Assembly: GCA_030704615.1 (NCBI GenBank)
Contig: CM060731.1
Span: 46,252,001 to 46,316,000, forward strand
Direction: 5' to 3'
DNA from: Takakia lepidozioides
Lineage: Eukaryota; Plantae; Bryophyta
DNA: 64,000 nt
Positions 61,101 to 64,000 of this stretch are shown one piece after another. Below the pieces are notes generated by a model, which was not told where the DNA came from, ran no database searches, and saw nothing but the letters and a program-made list of their open reading frames with translations. Every line of letters begins with the position of its first letter. The first letter of the stretch is position 1. The position numbers were made by a program, and so were the translations under genes.

Positions 61101-62683
61101 CAAGGAAACTTGCACCTTCTTTGGGAACTCACGTGCTAGTGCGCACCTGGCGCGTGCACGTACTATAACTGCGCTACCGAGGGGGTTGCCTTGTAGTGCA
61201 GGCTAACAAGGAAGCTACGTGCTTCCGTTCATGTACTATAATCGTATAGCCTCGGGACGAAGTCGTAGTGCGGCTTCGGCGTGTTCCCGTACTTCAGGCC
61301 AGCATTCCAAGGCGGACCCAATTATAGTGATTGCGGCGCACGGTTGATTCAAGGTTATCTTCCTAGTCAAAAAGGGTTCAAGGTGAACCCTTGCTCAAGG
61401 TGATGCCAAAAGCGGCATCATGAGCGGTCGCAAGCAATGTTGTTGCAGTAAGGCGATTCGATCCTCGGGGAGGATCGTTCCTTGGCCCTGAAGTGGGCCA
61501 ACAAGAGTGCACTGGGAGGAGCTTGAGAGGCTCCACCTTTGGCCGGGACTTGGAGGAAGTCGGCCGAACTAGCTAGTGGAGAGTAGAGTCAAGTGGGGGT
61601 TTGGTTCTTTGCCATGGGACGCCATGGTACGGAAACAAACTCCTTGATGTGGGACGCCACAACTTGGATGTTCATTTCTACAGAATGGACAAGTCGATGA
61701 GGACATCGACTCCCTATTGGTAAGGGTGTGTGTCGCGGCCCTTTGCCTTGAGGGCAGGGGGTCGGGACACAAGAAGGGCTGCCCCTGTGGTGGGGGCAGT
61801 GGCAACAATAGATGCGGGGGCTGAAGCACCCGTGCCCAAGGCACTCAAAGAGGCGAAGGCGCTCACGAGGTGGAGCCCCACACACCGGGCTTGCGGTGGG
61901 GGTGGTTCCACGAGGGGTGGTGGTAGCTCAGTGGGTCTGAGTGGGGGTGGCATAGGACTCACCATGGGGTGGAAACCTTGTGGTGGGAGTCGTGGGGAGT
62001 CTTGGGACTCATCACGGCCCAATGGGGCCGTGGTGCGTGGACCAAGACTCACCGCGACTCATCACCGGGAGTCAAGGGTTTTCGTGGTGGTTTGCCATAA
62101 AATGGCAGCGTTGTTTGTGAAACCCCCATAGACAGTCATAGAAGTATATATAGGGAGTAGTAACCCCGAGAACGGTGCAAGCCCGTTGGTGACCAAAAAC
62201 TAGTGAGTAAGCGTGCGAGCCGGAAAGTGACCAATGTGTAGAGAGTTGTTTCGGACTGCCATTGACCAAAGGGAATTTCCACTTGACCCAAATTGAGATA
62301 GGGTCTTGTGGAGGAGTAAAGGGGGACCGTTATGTCCTGGTGAGCAGCCGAAGCTCCGAGTTGGCCCGACGGCCAGTTTGGGAGTTAGGCGCGCGCATCA
62401 AAGCGAGTAACTATGACTTGAAGGGGAGCTTACCAAAGTGAGGTGCGCGACAACCTTCCCTTGAAGAGAAGAGGCCGGTACCTTGTATACTGTAGTTGGA
62501 GTATGCTCTCAAGCTCTCCAATGTACTCAAGTTTGCTCATAGCAGGTCGTGTATCTCTCTTGCCCCACACGGAGTCTACTCAATATGTGGCACACAAGCC
62601 AAAATCAAAGGTTGTTTTGCGCTTCATGTCAAGAACACGAATGTGGAAATGACGACCGTGAACCCTAACCGCCGTGTATGACG
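58183..62683 (+). mobile_element. Ty3/gypsy chromovirus with partial 5' LTR fused to RT (gag/protease deleted)
   Basis: 58183-58423 repeats at 62039-62360. A PPT GGGGGAGGAAA at ~60850-60860 precedes a long 3' LTR (~60861-62683; end approximate). Confidence 0.82.
58424..60826 (+). pseudogene. Chromovirus pol: RT, RNase H, integrase, chromodomain
   Basis: RT: YEFLVMPFGLTNAPATF, VYIDNILVYS. RNase H: IHTDAS, NVVADALSR. Integrase: CHD...GH..C..CQ, IVSDRDPKF, DGQTEK, YAGPF. Chromodomain: YEVE..EYLVKWKGY...SWV. Frameshifts present. Confidence 0.95.
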
Positions 62684-62912
62684 TCGCGAATTGAGAGGGG
62701 CCCCTTGCAATGTCTTGCACCAAATCTGAAACCACCTCTCCTTAAGCAACGATGTCATAAACTAAAGTCTCAGTGGATTTTGTAAAAAGGTGACTAGAAT
62801 CATGTTAAGTCTCAGTTTCATCGCCACTACTTCAATCAATCCCAATCCTCATCGATATTATCCGGCATTGACAAGTGAATGTATGCGGGTTGTTCATGGG
62901 GAACATAATATA

Positions 62913-63040
62913 CCTGGATAATCATGCATTGTCCAAAGCAAGATGCCTCTCATCTGAAAAGATTGTCCGGCCATAGGGTCAAGTGAAGCATCCAATGCCG
63001 GGACCCCCCTCCATAGCTCCTTAAGTTCATCAACAAGCTT
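62913..63040 (-). pseudogene. CACTA transposase (TnpD/Transposase_21) fragment
   Basis: LVDELKELWRGVPALDAS...FQMRGILLWTMHDYPG matches the L.DDL..LW..GV..YDA...F.LRA.LLWTI.DFPA motif. Confidence 0.8.
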
Positions 63041-64000
63041 ACACATCCTCCTGGTTAATTCCATGCTCATTGTTGTTGTCACTGTCACTGTCATCGTCAT
63101 CATCGTCCGGTACCGTGGGGGCGGCGTCTCACCCACGGCTCCCGCCTGATGTACTTGGGTTGTTTTCGGATGGGGTGCCAAGAGAAAGGACCGGGAAGGG
63201 ATGGACAAAGTCCTGATACGAACAAATGAACATAGGGACATATATTATAATGTGTCATTGCAACCATACACTTTATTATAAGCGAAATGCAAACAACAAC
63301 CTTCAATATGTGCGTGCATCAAATATGTCATTCAATAATTACATGTATGTACGCAATGTACACGCATGCAAAGTTTTAAACCCAAACAAAATCATTTCCC
63401 CCCCCCAATGACGCATTCACCCTATCAACCAATTTTTGTTTATTAATGTGAAAGAAAATCCTCTTATGCCATTGCACCCAACAAACGGATGTGGCTCAAG
63501 CTTCATTTTTTCCTACATGTGCTTAAATATGTGCAACACCTATACAAAGATCCAGCAGAAAATATATATATATTTGCCTCCCCAACGACGCACTCACCCT
63601 TGCACCAATTTTGAATTAAAACGAATTTAAATGAATTTAAAATAAATATTTGCATTTAGAAAATATATGATTGCGGTTTTGAGGGGCGTAATGATTTTAT
63701 TTTTAGCTCTATTTTGTTCTGTGACATTGGGCTTTGCACCACTACATCCATGCAAAATATTGGACAAAAATCAAATGGAAAAAAAATAAGTGTGTTTCTA
63801 GGGTCACTTTTGCAAAACTCTTTATGAAGAGTGCATGAAATAACTCAACTTTGGAGTGCAAATGAGATAATAAAATCTGGTTATGGGTCCAAATGACTTT
63901 TGTTTACTCCCAAATTTTGCACGCACATTGCATATGCTATCATTAAGCATATGGCTTGAAAATGGAATTAAAAAAAAAATCATCTGCAGGCGAAACACAA

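Larger units (their letters stand above)
56982..63100 (-). mobile_element. CACTA element with TnpD-like transposase remnants; right end not found and probably beyond the window
   Basis: CACTACAGCAAATGGGG terminus at 56982 and GCGAC subterminal repeats to ~57590. Minus-strand VQDDCGFMRVN (~58140-58170) and a Transposase_21-like piece at 62913-63040. Confidence 0.65.

Overview
Eukaryotic nuclear DNA, almost certainly from a land plant. PLS-class PPR repeats, CRD1/CHL27, GATA26/27-type and SMC1 fragments, and spliceosomal introns support this; the PPR style and transposon repertoire suggest a seed-free lineage (inference). Only one host gene looks intact: a spliced GATA26/27-like factor with an ASXH/DEUBAD domain (minus strand, ~30.8-35.0 kb). 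The rest is nested transposon debris. (1) 1-19865: a large Mutator-like element with an At4g13970/At1g60560-type SWIM transposase and a convergent unknown ORF, which is split by two non-autonomous CACTA elements with perfect 3-bp TSDs carrying captured gene pieces. (2) 21.4-25.9 kb: a decayed Ty3/gypsy element whose pol carries a complete C5-cytosine DNA methyltransferase domain in frame upstream of RT, preceded by an antisense tRNA-like sequence. This is the most striking feature. (3) A CRE-like RLE non-LTR fragment. (4) A LINE holding a SINE and a copia element, the latter holding a CACTA MITE. (5) hAT and Tourist MITEs, and SMC1 and RH3 fragments. (6) A decayed gene apparently joining OSB-type PDF motifs to a PLS-E PPR array. 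(7) A MULE end > CACTA > chromovirus stack at the right edge. All identifications come from reading motifs by eye; no searches were run.
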